A stretch of DNA of 64,000 bases from an uncultured Planctomycetaceae bacterium (GCA_963813715.1 CAWFAK010000008.1:480001-544000); one strand, 5' to 3'. Shown: positions 30,899 through 43,649, counted from the first letter of the stretch. Translations and numbers: made by a program. Notes: generated by a model not told the origin, from the sequence alone.

Positions 30899-31093
30899 GC
30901 GGTTTCACCTCGCAAAAACATCCATGTGTCGTGTTGGCCCGACAGGTCCTACGAGCGGCCAGCGTCCGCCGGAAGTGATCGAGGGCTTGCAACGTGGCCG
31001 TGCGACTAACGTGCGGCTCGCCCAAACTAAACCTCGCGACTCTGCGGACAGCCGTATTATAGCGGGGCCCGGTCAAGTCGGGCGGCTGCCAAA

Positions 31094-31534
31094 TTAGGCG
31101 GCGGTTTGGGCAGCCGGGCTCGGTTGCGGGCCGGCCAGCTGCTGCAGCTTGCTCAGCGCCTGCGACTCGCCGACGAGCGTTTCGGCCAGCAGGGCCGTCG
31201 CCTCGGAATCGCCCGCGCAGGCGGGGAGGGCCAGTTCGATCTCGCGGACGATTTTCTGCTCGTTTTCGACCACGTGCGGCAGCACGAAGGTCAGCGACAG
31301 AAAGTGCAGATCCGTAAAATCGGGAAAGGCCCCGAAATCGATCGTCCAGCGGCGGCCGTCCAAGAGTTCGGCCAGCTTGCGCACACGATCCGACTGGGCG
31401 GCGATCAACTGGTCGATTTCTGCCCGCAGCGCGGCCGAATGAGAGCCCGTCCAGGGCCATGCTTCGGCGGCGTACTGCAACAGGCTGCGACGCAGCAGGA
31501 TCAGCACACCGTTAAGAACGTCGTTATGTTGCAT
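31094..31534 (-). CDS. Hypothetical helical (ferritin-like?) protein
   Basis: 146 aa, RSLLQY..EAWPW, predicted all-helical; co-oriented between nuoN and uvrB. Confidence 0.65.
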   Translation of the reverse strand: MQHNDVLNGVLILLRRSLLQYAAEAWPWTGSHSAALRAEIDQLIAAQSDRVRKLAELLDGRRWTIDFGAFPDFTDLHFLSLTFVLPHVVENEQKIVREIELALPACAGDSEATALLAETLVGESQALSKLQQLAGPQPSPAAQTAA

Positions 31535-31578
31535 CGAGCGGTTTTGCGGACCGTTAGCCGGACAGTTGGGAGAGGCCC

Positions 31579-33253
31579 TTACAGTTTCTCGTGCGATTCG
31601 GCGGCCGGCTGTTCGGCCGCGAGCCGCGCAACTTGCGTCTTGGGCGATGCTTCAAAGATCGAAGCGGCGGCCGTCTGAGTCAACCGCAGCACGGGCGTCA
31701 CGCCGATCCCGGTGAGCAGGACGGGGATGGCAATCACAATCGCGAAGGCGCCGCCCGGTCCAAACTCGCCGGCCGCGCGGGCGCCCTCGGGACGCGGCGC
31801 GATGTACATCGCCTTCAATACGCGGATGTAATAGAACAGGCTGAAGACGGTGTTCACGCCGCCGATCACCAGCACGCCCCACATCATCTTGTTGACGTAG
31901 CCGGCCTGCAGCAGCGGCGCGAAGATCGACCACTTGGCGAAGAACCCGCCGAACGGGGGCAGCCCGATCAGGCTGAACATGCAGACGGCCATGCAGAGGC
32001 AATAGCGCGGCGCCTGCTGGGCCAGGCCGTTATAGTCGTCGATCTCTTCGCTAAAGATCTCGTTGCGAATGAGGGCCACGACCGCGAACGCCCCCAGGTT
32101 CATGAACATGTAGACGACCAGGTAGTAAAGCAGCCCCTCGATCGGCGCGCGTCACGTTGAACGACACGTCGACGTTGGGGACTTTGGGGCCGTTGGCGAT
32201 CACCATCATCGCGGAGACGGCCATCAGCATGTAGCCGGCATGCGCAATGGTGGAGTAGGCCAACAGCCGCTTGACGTTGCGTTGCGAATAGGCGGCCAGG
32301 TTGCCGAAGGTCGCCGTGAGCGCGGCCACCATCCCCAGTCCGAGCCCCAACGCGTAGTTGAGGTGCGTCAGTCCTTCGACGTGCTCGCCGATCAGGATGT
32401 GGCAGAAACGGATCAAGAGGGCAAACGCGGCCGCCTTCGACGCGACCGACAGATAGCCGGCCACTTCGGCCGCGGCGCCCTCGAACGCGTCCGGGCACCA
32501 GAAGTGGAACGGCACGATCGACAGCTTGAACGCCAGCCCCACGAAGACCATCAAGGCCCCCAACAGGACCGTGCGGACGGTGGCGTCCTTCATCCCCGCG
32601 GTGCCGACCACCTGGTCGAGGTTGGCGGCCATCTCGGTGAAGTTGGGCGTTCCCAACAGGCCGGCCATCAGGCTGATGCCGTAAAGCATGACGCCCGCGG
32701 CCCCGGCCCCGTAGACCACGAACTTGAGCGACGCTTCGCTGCTCTTGGGGCGGCCCTTGAGGAACCCGACCATCGCGTAGCTGGGAACGCTGGCCATCTC
32801 GACGCCCAGGAACAGGATCAGCAGGTTGTTGGCACTGGCCATCAGCAACATGCCGAGCGTGGCGCCGAAGAGCAGCGTGTAGAAATCGGGGCCGTCCTCG
32901 TAGTCGGGAATGCCGGAGATGGCCGTCAGCGCCGTCACGAAGATCAGGAACGTCGTCAGGAACAGGCGGAAGAAGACGGTGAACTGATCGAAGACCAACA
33001 AGCCGGTGAACAGTTTCTGGCTCGTCTGCGTGCCCTGGAGCAGGTTGTAGTACTCGGCGGCCGCGAACCCAAGTGCGACTAAACCCCCCAAGAGGGCGAT
33101 GGCGACCGGGCGAATCAACCGGTCCAGGCTGATGAGCCGAAACAAGAGCAGGACGACGATCGTGGCGCAGATCGTCAGCTCGGGCGCGAACAAGAACAAC
33201 GACTTGCCGGTCGTGTCTCGCATCAAGGCGTCGAGCAGAGTTTCAAAATTCAT
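31579..33253 (-). CDS. nuoN: NADH-quinone oxidoreductase subunit N; frameshift near 32140
   Basis: EASLKF, FKLSIVPFHFWCPD.FEGA, KRLLAYSTIAHAGY, SLIGLPPFGGFFAK. Confidence 0.93.
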
Positions 33254-33333
33254 CGGGCACTCAGCGTTTCGTCGTCATCCGAGCGGTGATTGGCGGCTGG
33301 TGATTCGGGCTCGTGAAATTGTTCTACGGAGGG

Positions 33334-34947
33334 TCAGTGCTGAATCATCGCCTGGGCCGTGCCGGCCGCGTGCAGGGCGTTCTGATACCCCACGTCCAGC
33401 TGCGTCACCAGCTGGTCGATCGACCCGTGCATCACGTCCAGCATGAAGTTGGGATAAACGCCCAGCAGGATGGCGAACGCCAACAACGTAACGCCCACGG
33501 CCGTCTCGCGACCGTTGATCGGCACGATGCCTTCGCGGTGGGGACCTTTGTATTCCGCGCCGAGGTAAACCCGCTGGATGGCCCAGAGGATATATCCGGC
33601 GGTCAGGATCACACCCGAGGCGGCGATGATCGCCAAGAGCGGCGAGAAGTTCCAGGAGCTGAGCACGACGAAGATTTCGCCGATGAAGCCGCACATCCCA
33701 GGCAGCCCCAGGCCGGCGAAGAAAATGCCGACGGCCAGCGCCGAATACAGAGGCATCAACCCCATCAGCCCGCCGAACTGGTTCAGGTCACGGTGATGGA
33801 CGCGGTCGTAAATCACGCCGACCATAAAGAACATGCCGGCCGACGAGATGCCGTGCGCGAGCATCTGGAACATCGCGCCGTTCATCCCCATCGTCCAGTA
33901 GTACTTGCCGACGGCCGAACCGCCCGCCTCGCTGATCTTCCAGACGGCGATGCCCAGAATGACGTAGCCCATGTGACTGACGGAGCTATAGGCAACCATC
34001 CGCTTGAAGTCGGTCTGGGCCATCGCGGCAAACGCTCCGTAGATGATGCTTCCCGCCCCGATCACGACCAGCGCGTAAGCCGCGTACTGGGCGCCGTAGG
34101 GACAAATCGGGAAGGCGATGCGGAGGATGCCGTATCCGCCCATCTTCAGGAGCACGCCGGCCAGGATCATGCTGATGGGAGTCGGCGCTTCGACGTGGGC
34201 ATCGGGCAACCACGTGTGGAAGGGCACGGTCGGCACTTTGATCGCAAAGCCGATAAAGAGCAGGATGAACGCCGTGATCTGGATGGTCGGGCTGAAGGCG
34301 GCCTTCGCCACCAGTCCCTGGCCGATTCGCGACAGCTCGATGATGTCGAAGGTTTGGGTGGGACTGCCGAAGTAGAACATCAGGATGGCGATCAGCATCA
34401 ACACGCCGCCGACCAGCGTATAGAGGAAGAACTTGATCGCCGCGTATTCCTTCCGCGGTCCGCCCCACACGCCGATCAGGAAGTACATCGGCAGGAGCAT
34501 CACTTCCCAGAACACGTAGAACAGGAAGAAGTCGAGCGCCAGGAAGACGCCCAACATGCCCGTCTCCAGGATCAAAAACAGGATCAGGTAACCCTTCACC
34601 TGCTTCTTGATGCTCCACGAGGCCAGCATGGCCAGCATGCAGATGAAGCTGGTCAAGAGCACCAGCGGCAGGCTGATGCCGTCGTAGCCGAGCTGATAGT
34701 AGATATGCCAGGCGGCGATCCACGGGATCTTGATGCCGACGCCGCCCTCCGTCACCGGCTGGATGCCGGCGACGTCGTAGCGGAAATCCTTGAACAAAAA
34801 GAGCGTGAAGATGAAGGTCGCAACCGTGATCACCAGGGAGAAGACCCGCATCGGCTCTTCGTCGCGCTTGTTGAATCCCAGCGCGAGAATCAGCGCGCCG
34901 ACGGTCGGCAGGAAAATGATCGTCGAAAGCAACATCGCGGGAGTCAT
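33334..34947 (-). CDS. nuoM: NADH-quinone oxidoreductase subunit M
   Basis: DGISLPL, FYVFWE, KVPTVPFHTWLPDAHVEAP, LGLPGMCGFIGE; start ATG 34947. Confidence 0.95.
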   Translation of the reverse strand: MTPAMLLSTIIFLPTVGALILALGFNKRDEEPMRVFSLVITVATFIFTLFLFKDFRYDVAGIQPVTEGGVGIKIPWIAAWHIYYQLGYDGISLPLVLLTSFICMLAMLASWSIKKQVKGYLILFLILETGMLGVFLALDFFLFYVFWEVMLLPMYFLIGVWGGPRKEYAAIKFFLYTLVGGVLMLIAILMFYFGSPTQTFDIIELSRIGQGLVAKAAFSPTIQITAFILLFIGFAIKVPTVPFHTWLPDAHVEAPTPISMILAGVLLKMGGYGILRIAFPICPYGAQYAAYALVVIGAGSIIYGAFAAMAQTDFKRMVAYSSVSHMGYVILGIAVWKISEAGGSAVGKYYWTMGMNGAMFQMLAHGISSAGMFFMVGVIYDRVHHRDLNQFGGLMGLMPLYSALAVGIFFAGLGLPGMCGFIGEIFVVLSSWNFSPLLAIIAASGVILTAGYILWAIQRVYLGAEYKGPHREGIVPINGRETAVGVTLLAFAILLGVYPNFMLDVMHGSIDQLVTQLDVGYQNALHAAGTAQAMIQH

Positions 34948-35030
34948 GAGTTCTTCCGAATTTTTCCTGACCCGCGCCGGCGCGGGAGATTTTCTTCTGT
35001 CCAACTCGAGAAGCGAAACGAATCAATCCG

Positions 35031-37411
35031 CTATTGCGGGAAAAACATCATCAACAACATGAACAGGGCGACCACGCCGATCGCGATGAACATCACGTAT
35101 TGCCGCAGGTTGCCCGTCTGAATCACGCGGAGCGAGCGGCCGACGGCGAAGATCGCATCGGCCAGGGTGTTGACCATGCCGTCGATCACGCCTTCGTCGA
35201 ACCGCCGGTCCAGCCGGGAAATGTCGATGGTGGCAAAGGTCAGGGCGTGGAGAAAACCGTCGATCACCACCCGGTCGAACGTCGCAAACCACCGCGACAC
35301 GATCAGCACCGGGCGGACGAACATCGCTTCATATAAGTGGTCAAACTGCCATTTCTCGACCAGGAATCCGTGCAGCCCCCGCAGCTGTCGGGCGATGTCG
35401 GCCGGGTCGACCACCCGCAGTCCGTAGATCAGGAAGGCGAGCAACAGGCCGGAGAACGCGGCGATCGAGCGCCAGCCCACCGGCGTCGGCGTGCACGGAG
35501 TGAATGGCCTCGTGGGCCGGCAGGACAATGCCGCTCGCTCCGCCCGCCACCCCCGCCGCCAATCCGGCCGGCTCGCTATGAATCAACAGCCGATAGAGCG
35601 GACCTTGTTCGCCGCCGACCGCCACGAAGATCGCGAAGACCGACAGCAAGCACAGCGGTCCGGTCATCACCCAGGGCGATTCCTTGGCGTGGTCGTAAAC
35701 GTGGGCGTCGCGCGGCTGGCCGGAGAACGTGAAGAACCACAGACGGAACATGTAGAAAGCGGTGATGCCCGCGGTCAGCAGCGGCACGAAGAACAACAGA
35801 AAGTGGACCGGGTTGGACTGGCGGAAGGCGAGCGCGCTCGCCACGATCGCGTCTTTCGAGTGGTAACCCGAGAAGGCGAAGGTCGTTCCCAACACGGGAA
35901 TTGCCAGGCCCGAGATGGCGATCACTCCCACCAGCATCGTGAGGGCGGTGATCGGCATCTTCCGCATCAGTCCGCCCATGCGGGACATGTCCTGCTCATG
36001 ATGGCAGCCGACAATCACGCTGCCAGAGGCGAGGAACATCAGTGACTTGAAGAACGCGTGCGTGATCAGGTGGAACAGCCCGGCACCCCAACCGCCGACG
36101 CCGATGCCCAGCATCATGTAGCCGAGTTGGCTGATCGTCGAGTACGCGAGCACGCGCTTGATGTCCGTGGCGACGACCGCAATCGTCGCCGCGACGAACA
36201 GCGTCACGCAGCCGACGTAGGCGATCGTCAGCAACACCTCGGGCGTAAACATCGGGAAGAAACGTCCGGCCAGGTAAACGCCGGCGGCGACCATCGTCGC
36301 GGAGTGCACCAGGGCCGAAACGGGCGTCGGTCCCTCCATCGCGTCGGGGAGCCACGTTTGCAGCGGGAACTGGGCGCTCTTGCCCACGCAGCCCCCGAAC
36401 ACACCCAGGCCCGCCACAACCAACAGCAGATACGGGATCTGCGTGTGCTGTTTCGTGGGATCGTGCAGACGGACGACGTTTTCGACCGGGTCGACGGTCA
36501 GTTCGCCATGGGGACCTCGCAGCATCTCGAACAGGCCGGGCTGCTCGACGCCGTCGACCTGGTGCGTGGAAAACTGGAACGTGCCGAAATAGGTCCAGAG
36601 CACCATCAGCCCGATCAGGAAGCCGAAGTCGCCCACGCGGTTCATGATGAACGCTTTGTTGGCGGCCGTGCTGGCCGAACGGCGTTCGACGTAGAACCCG
36701 ATCAGGAAGTAGCTGCAGATGCCCACCAGCTCCCAGAAGATGAAGACCTGGAAAATGTTCCCCGCAAGGACCAGGCCCAGCATCGAGAAGCAGAAGAGCG
36801 ACATGTACGCGAAGAAGCGGTAATACCGGCCCGGGCGGTGCAGGTGACCGCCGTCGGCCATGTGCACCTGATGGTCGGCGTAGTTGTCGGTCAGCTCGTC
36901 GCTCATGTAGCCGATCGCGAAGATGTGAATGCAGGTGGCGATCAGCGTCACCATCATGAACATCACGAGCGTCAGGCTGTCGATGTAATAGTCGAGCGAG
37001 ACGATCAGGTTGCCGAAGCGCGCCAGCGTGTAGAACGAGCCGGAAAAGTAAGTTCGGGCCGGCAGGCTCGACGGTTCGGCCGTGGCGTGACCCTCGGCCG
37101 CATGCTGTTCAGCCGCCGCGGCTTCGCCGGGGCCGGGCGGTTGCTGGGCCACCTCGTGATGCGCCGTGTTCCTCGTGTTGCGTGAGGGCGGCCCAGTTGG
37201 TGCGGTTGCCCCAGACCGTGAACGCCGTCACGCTCGCGCAGAAGCCGAGGAAGATGCAGAGCACGGCCAGGTAAGCGGCCGCTTTGCTTTTCCGCGACGA
37301 CCAGTAGCCGCCGAAGATCTCGATGGCGAAGCCGGCCAGCGGCGCCAGCCAGGCAAAGGCCAGCAGCAGCTTCAGCGTGTGGCTGGTTGACTCGTAAAGT
37401 TCCGCGTTCAT
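35031..37411 (-). CDS. nuoL: NADH-quinone oxidoreductase subunit L; two frameshifts (near 37150 and 35470)
   Basis: AFIMNRVGD, GKSAQFPLQTWLPDAMEGPTPVSAL, HAFFKSL, IQTGNLRQY. Confidence 0.93.
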
Positions 37412-37471
37412 CGCGTTTTGGTCTTCACTGGTCAGGCAGGGCCCGTTCAGGACCGGCGGCCGCCAATCCGG

Positions 37472-37783
37472 TTAGCCCTGCAACTCGTCGCCCCGATCGA
37501 CGTCGATCGACGAATGGTTGTTGTAAAAGTTCAGCACGATGGCCAGGGCCACCGCGGCCTCCGCCGCCGCCAGCACGATCACGAACAGCGAGATCACTTG
37601 CCCGTCGATCCCCAGCCGCGTGTACCGCGAAAAGGCGACGAAGTTGACGTTGGCCCCATTCAGCACCAGCTCGACACCCATCAGCACGCCGATGCCGTTG
37701 CGCTTGGTCGCCATGCAGATCACGCCGCTGACGAACAGCACGCCGGCCACCAGCAAGTACCACGACAGGGGCAAACTATCCAT
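37472..37783 (-). CDS. nuoK: NADH-quinone oxidoreductase subunit K
   Basis: LMGVELVLNGAN, AAAEAAVALA. Confidence 0.95.
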   Translation of the reverse strand: MDSLPLSWYLLVAGVLFVSGVICMATKRNGIGVLMGVELVLNGANVNFVAFSRYTRLGIDGQVISLFVIVLAAAEAAVALAIVLNFYNNHSSIDVDRGDELQG

Positions 37784-37850
37784 GACCATCAATCCAGACT
37801 GTCGAACTCGATTTCGCGAGGCCCGGCGGCCGTCGCGTCCGCCATCAGCG

Positions 37851-38495
37851 TCACGATCCGAACGAGCGGGCGGAGCCGTTAGGCCCCACTCCCGCGCGGG
37901 CCGGCGCATCGATCCGACGCTTGGCACGCGCGAGGTAGGCGGCCCCGATCAGGACCACGAGCAAGTGCACCGACACAATTTCAAACGGCAGCAGATAGCC
38001 GGAACTCAGCTCTTTTCGTTGCGTTCCCAGATCGTCCAGGCTCAGTCCGAGCAGTTTCATGCCGATCGGCCGCACGGTGTTTCCCTCGCCGGGCGGGTTG
38101 TAGCCCTGTCCGACTTGTTCGGTGCCGCCGCGGGGAGCCATCTTCGTCCAATCGACCACGAAGACCGTCGAATAAATCACCGAGAGCAAGAACAGGCCGA
38201 CGCCGCTGGCCAGCACCAGTCTCGCCCGCCGACGCGCGAATCCGCACATAAGGGCCGCTGGCGGTGAGCATGACGCCGAAAATCAGCAGCACCACGGTGC
38301 CGCCGACGTAGATCAAGAGCTGCGTGGCTCCCGACGAAGTCGGCCCGCAACAGGAAGAACAGGCCGGAAGTCGAGCCGAGTGAAACGATCAGCCAGAAGG
38401 CCATCCGCGCCACGTTCTGACTGAAGACCACGGCCAGCGCCCCACCGCAGGTCGCGGCTGCAAAGATCAAAAACAAGAATCTCGGCGCCGTTCAT
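37851..38495 (-). CDS. nuoJ: NADH-quinone oxidoreductase subunit J; frameshifted
   Basis: IYVGGTVVL, YLLPFEIVSVHLLVVLIGA; ATG overlaps nuoH stop (ATGA). Confidence 0.88.
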
Positions 38496-39766
38496 GGGCG
38501 GGCACCTTTGGCGACTGCAACCGTATGGACGGTCGCCCCGAATCGCACCGGTTCGGTCGCCACCACGCGCCGCGGCACGCTGTCGCCCAGCGGACGCTTG
38601 GGCAGCCAGGTTGTCTCGCCGCCATGAAGGTAAGCCAAGGCCAGCGGCCAGACCGCGGCGCCCAGGAACAAGAAGCAGCTGATCGGCACAAGATACTTCA
38701 AACAAGTCGTCATCACCTGGTCGATCCGCAGGCGGGGCAACGTCCACCGCAACCACATCTGCACGAAGATCAGCACCGTGCCTTTGGCCGTGATCACTGC
38801 GAGGCCGAAGACGTTGGCCAGATAACGGGCCGCGTCGAAGCTCTGGCTCGGATTTTCCCGCAGCGGTCGCAGGAGATAGTCGTCAAACCACAGGCCCGTG
38901 TGCCAGGCCCCCAGAAATAGCACCGAGGCCACCATGCTCACCACGAACATGCTGGCGTATTCCGCCAGGAAGAAGAACGACCATCGCATCCCGCTATATT
39001 CGGTGTGGAAACCACCGACTAGCTCGCTCTCGGCCTCGGCCAGGTCGAAGGGAGCCCGCTTACAACTGGCCGTCGCCACCGTGAAGTACATGAAACAGGA
39101 GAGGAACGTAAACGGGTCGTGGAAGATGAGCCAGTTCCAAAACCCGCCCCGCTGCATCTCGCCGATTTCGTTCAGGTTGAGCGTGCCGGTGGCGATGATC
39201 GGGATCAACGCGCAGATGGCCAGCGGAATTTCATAACTCACCATCTGGGCCGCTTCGCGCATGCCGCCGAAGAGCGACCACTTCGATCCGCTCGAATAGC
39301 CGGCCAGGATGATGCCGAAAACTTCGAGCGAGAGAAACGCCAGTAAGAGGAAGAGTCCGACGTCGGCCGCCACCGAGACCCACCCGTCGCTAAAGGGCAG
39401 CAGGATATAGGCGGCGAACGAGGCGATGCAGACCATGAACGGGGCCATGCGGAACAGGAGCGGGTCGGCGTCTTTCGGGCAGAGGTCTTCCTTTTGGATC
39501 AGCTTCACGCCGTCCGCCAGACTCTGCAGCCAGCCGAACCTTCCGCCGACGCGCGTCGGTCCGAGGCGATCTTGAATACGTCCCGACACCTTGCGTTCCA
39601 GCCAAATGAAGGCGAACGCCGACAGTCCGAACACGTTGAACAGCAGCACGGCATGAATTAGCGCAGCCAGCGCAAAGGCAGCCCCGGGGCTCAGTGTGCC
39701 AAGACCGGGAATATGCAACCCGGTTAGTGTACCGCCGATCGAGTCGGCGGCAAGAAGACTGGTCAT
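38492..39766 (-). CDS. nuoH: NADH-quinone oxidoreductase subunit H
   Basis: ERKVSGRIQDRLGP, AQMVSYE, RAPFDLAEAESELVGG, PRLRIDQ. Confidence 0.96.
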   Translation of the reverse strand: MTSLLAADSIGGTLTGLHIPGLGTLSPGAAFALAALIHAVLLFNVFGLSAFAFIWLERKVSGRIQDRLGPTRVGGRFGWLQSLADGVKLIQKEDLCPKDADPLLFRMAPFMVCIASFAAYILLPFSDGWVSVAADVGLFLLLAFLSLEVFGIILAGYSSGSKWSLFGGMREAAQMVSYEIPLAICALIPIIATGTLNLNEIGEMQRGGFWNWLIFHDPFTFLSCFMYFTVATASCKRAPFDLAEAESELVGGFHTEYSGMRWSFFFLAEYASMFVVSMVASVLFLGAWHTGLWFDDYLLRPLRENPSQSFDAARYLANVFGLAVITAKGTVLIFVQMWLRWTLPRLRIDQVMTTCLKYLVPISCFLFLGAAVWPLALAYLHGGETTWLPKRPLGDSVPRRVVATEPVRFGATVHTVAVAKGARP

Positions 39767-40074
39767 CGAGCTTTCGACCTATGTCCGCGGCAAAATCCCT
39801 GCGGCGCCGTCTGCGAAACCGCTTCGTCCCTGCGCTCCGCCAGCGCCTCGGGCCGCTGACGGCCAGGCTGGAAAGCGTGAACTATGACAAATGGCTAAGC
39901 GGTATTCAAGCGACCGAAAGGCCGTTCTCGACAAGGTCGTTTGATCGATAAATCTCCTGAGAAAACGGCCTCAAAACGGTCAAAATTGCCCGGCCAAGCC
40001 GGCCTGTTTCTCAAAACTGAGAGCGAGAAAACCCGGTCGCGGAAACTTGAGGCGTCGATGACGTCGCCTTAGAG

Positions 40075-40648
40075 CTACGCGGGCCGGCCGAGATAAGTCT
40101 TCCGCTTCGTTTGGCCAACGTGCGCGCGGTCGGGCCGCTCTTCGATGAGTTGTTCGGCGGGCACCATGTGGAACGAGACGACGACCCAGTTTCCTTCCGG
40201 CACAACGCACTGATGCCAGACGTTGTCGGGGATCGAAATCCAACGGCGTTCAAGTGTGGCAGTCGCATCGCTGACGAGCGGGTGCGAGTGCCAGCGCGGG
40301 GCCGCCGGTCGGGGCGTCGCCGGCCGCCAGATCGCCCGTTTGAATGTCGCCGATCCCTCGATAGGACATCATCCGTTGCCGGCTGTTCGGATGGCGTTCG
40401 GCGCCGGTCGCAGTTTGCGAGCGAAGGATGAAGACCCAGCTCGATTGGAGGAACGGCGGCAACGACGGGCCGTAGATCGCCAGCGGCAGCGGCTCCCAGC
40501 CCATCATAGCCGTCGGGGCTCCGGCCAGCTTGCGTCCGACGCGTTCGACGACCGGCTCAATCGCCGCGCGAACGCTCGGCGAACGCAGCAAGGCATCGAG
40601 CGATTCCAGGATCGATCGCTCTTGGCTCGAAGTATCGGCGGCGTCCAC
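40075..40648 (-). CDS. Hypothetical cupin-like protein; one frameshift near 40300
   Basis: ERHPNS.QRMMSY in ORF 40250-40648; hand-read continuation RRWISIPDNVWHQ...VVSFH..TAG at 40075. Confidence 0.6.
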
Positions 40649-40669
40649 GGGAAGCTCCCTGTTGGCGAG

Positions 40670-41110
40670 TTATGCGGCGGCGGCGTAGTTCCAATCGTTC
40701 CGGATTTCGTCTCGGATCGGCTTGCGCCAGAGCCAGATGACCAGAAACACCGGCCAGGCGGCCAACGCGAACGGCACCGCGACAAAGTACGCGCCTTGCA
40801 GGACGTCCGGCTGTCGAGACCAGTTGTAGGTGGTCGCCATCACTACGACACCCAGCACGAGCGTGAGTTCGCCCAGAAGCAGGTACGAGCCGCTCAAGAG
40901 GGCGACCCGACCCCACGACTGCTGCAACAGCACGCCGATGCCGCCTGCCAGAATCCACGCCGAGAGCGCAACCTGCACCAAGTCGCGCCCCGTGATCGAG
41001 TGCCATTGCTGCCCCACCGAGAGACCGCCGTAGGCGAGCCCATAGAGAATCGAAATCATGCCGACCGGCACGGGCCAATGGGAGCGCGGATCTGGGGGAG
41101 CGGACGTCAT
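40670..41110 (-). CDS. Hypothetical four-helix membrane protein
   Basis: MTSAPPDPRSHWPVPVGMISILYG...; four hydrophobic segments. Confidence 0.6.
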   Translation of the reverse strand: MTSAPPDPRSHWPVPVGMISILYGLAYGGLSVGQQWHSITGRDLVQVALSAWILAGGIGVLLQQSWGRVALLSGSYLLLGELTLVLGVVVMATTYNWSRQPDVLQGAYFVAVPFALAAWPVFLVIWLWRKPIRDEIRNDWNYAAAA

Positions 41111-41126
41111 CAAACGCGCGGGTCTC

Positions 41127-43649
41127 TCAATCGTTAGCGGAGAATAACACGCCCGTGGCCGGCCCGCTGGAGTCGAAATACAGCGTCCATACTTTCGACT
41201 GCGCACCGTAACGCGCGTCCCCGCTGTGGAGCGCTCGCTCGGCCGCATTCCGCACGGTCGCGAAAGAGTCCTGTCGCAACGGCTCGAGCGCTGTGCGTAC
41301 GGTGGCGTCGGAAATGCCAAGCAGCCCGAGCGCGTCGGCCGCGGCGGCCCGCACTTCGGCGAAGTCGTCTTTGGTCGCCGCCAGTAGCCGATCGGTCACT
41401 GCCGCGCGGTACTCGCTGCTGCCTGCGGCGATGCGTGCGAGCGCCAGGCAGGCGGTCGCGCGCGTGCGGACGTAGCGCGAATTGAGCCGCGCGGCGACGA
41501 CCGGCACGGCCGCCCGCGCCGGCGGTCCGAAAGTCGCCAGCAGGCGCACCAGTTCCCCGTTGTCGCCGTCACCGCGGGCCAGGCTCCTGATGATGTGGGG
41601 AATTGCAGACTCGGCCTTTTTGCCCAGCTGGAACATCAGGAACGCTCCCGCCTGGCGCGTGGACTGACGATCGGATTCGAGCAGATGGACAATCCCTGGC
41701 AGCGCAGGTCGCCCAGTGAAACCAGGGCCCCCGTGTTGAAGCCGGCGAATTGTTCCGTGCTCTCCATCTCCAGCAGGAAGGGCAGGCATTCAGCAGTCGG
41801 TCCAATCTTTTCGATGGCCTGGATCAGCGCCAGCGGGCTGTCCACACGACCGCGCATCTCGTTGGAGAGCAGGACGGGCAGCGCGTCGCGGGCGGCAGGC
41901 CCCAGCCGGCTGAGGCAGGCGATGACCGCGTTCAGCCGTTCACCGGTGATCTCGCGATCGCGGAGCTTGCCAAGCAGCGCGGGGAGAGCCGCCTTCGCAC
42001 ACTTCGCGAGGCAGGCGGCAGCGGGCTCGTTCCCCGGATCGGGAAACGGCATAGTGCGCGGGGGACACATGTGCTCGATCAGGATCGGTAGACACGGCGT
42101 CAGCGCGTCGCCGGAACAGTTCGTCGATGCCAGCTCCAACAGCAGCGAAACATAGTGCCAGCTGCGGTCGCGCTCGACCGCGGCACGGCGAATCTCGGCG
42201 ATCAGTCGCTTGTCGAAGTCCTTTTGTGGGGAGACGAAATCGGGGAGGCCGAAGACCTGGTTTTGATGCAAGAACTGGCACAGCGTCGGAAATCCTTTTT
42301 CGCCCATCAGGTAAGTGGCAAGGGCGCCATAGTGCTGCAACATTTCGTCCTTGGATCGCACCTTCTGCTGGATCTCCGCCAGATTGACGGCGATCGCCGG
42401 ATCCTCGGGGGGTGTGCAGGCCAGCAGACCGGCAGCGACCCACCGCGCATGCTGACTTTTCCCTTCCCGAGCGATCTGGGCGAGTTGGGGAACGAAGGGC
42501 CTCACGCGCTGCGCGAGATCGCGCGAGGAATTCGGCGGCTTGGTAGGAAAACTCCAGTTGCGAGAGCAATCCGATTTCAGTCCGCATGACGTCGTCGGCG
42601 ACTGCGTCGAGGCTGATCAGCGCACTGGCCGCGCGGTCGCGGACGCCGGCATCGCGATCCGCGAGCAGGCTGCGCAATGCGGCCAACAGTTGCGAATCCT
42701 TCGTCCGATTGGCGGAGTAGACGACCGCGGTGACTTCGTCGACGAGGTTCGCCAGGCGATAGCCCTCAGCCAGCCGGTTAGCCACGACCTGATCGAAAAC
42801 CTTGAGCAGCGCCAAGGCACAGGCGGCTCGCACGCGGACGATCGGATTGCCGCTCGCCAGCCGTTTTCGCAACGGTTCGATGAGGGACGTTCCGCGCCGC
42901 ACGACTGCCGACACGGCAGCGCGTCCCACGGGAATGCTGAACATCAGACAGCCGCCGTTTGACTTCATCTCCGACTGGTCGGCGAGCAGCTCGAGTTCCC
43001 GCTCGGCGGTGCCGGAGATCGAGCAATTCGCCGCGGGACAATTCAGCGAGGCGAGCGCCGTCAGGCATCCCGCGCGAATCTGGGGATGCGAATCTTGCAG
43101 GCCCCGCGCGAGCGCGGGCAGCGCTGCGGGTCCAAATCGCATCAGCGATTGTTGGACCCTAAAGTCCGGAACCTGGTTGAATCGCAACACCAAGTCGTCG
43201 GCCGCGCTGACGGCGTCGTCCCCGATCTGCCCCAGCGCCGTAATCGCGGATTGCACGGCCAAGAAATCGGCGGTCCCTTCCTGGACGGGCCTTGCCAGCA
43301 GACCGCGCAAAGCGGGAACCGCGTTCTTCGCCTCCGGCCCCATCCGGCCGATCGCGTCGGCCGCCGCGGCACGGACGCGGGGCACGGGATCCTGCAGGCG
43401 GGCGATCAACTCGGGAAGGACGACTCGGTCGTCGGGGCCAATCTTGGAGAGGCAAGCGTTCGCCGTGACCCAGGCCGTCGGGATTTCGTCCGGATCGTCG
43501 ACCGGCTCGCGGAGCGCAAGGAGCCAGTCGTGGACGGCGTCCCTGCGGATTCGCCCGTCGTGCTTACCCGCCACGGCCGGCGTGACCAGTCGACGACAAG
43601 CAGCGAAAGCAAGAACGGCTCCGATCCCCACCCGGAGCGAAAGTCTCAT
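41127..43649 (-). CDS. HEAT/PBS-lyase repeat protein; two frameshifts
   Basis: VRAAAADAIGRMGPEAKNAVPAL and similar repeats across ORFs 41940-43694, 41636-42505, 41127-41789; GGAGGAG RBS before ATG 43649. Confidence 0.8.
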
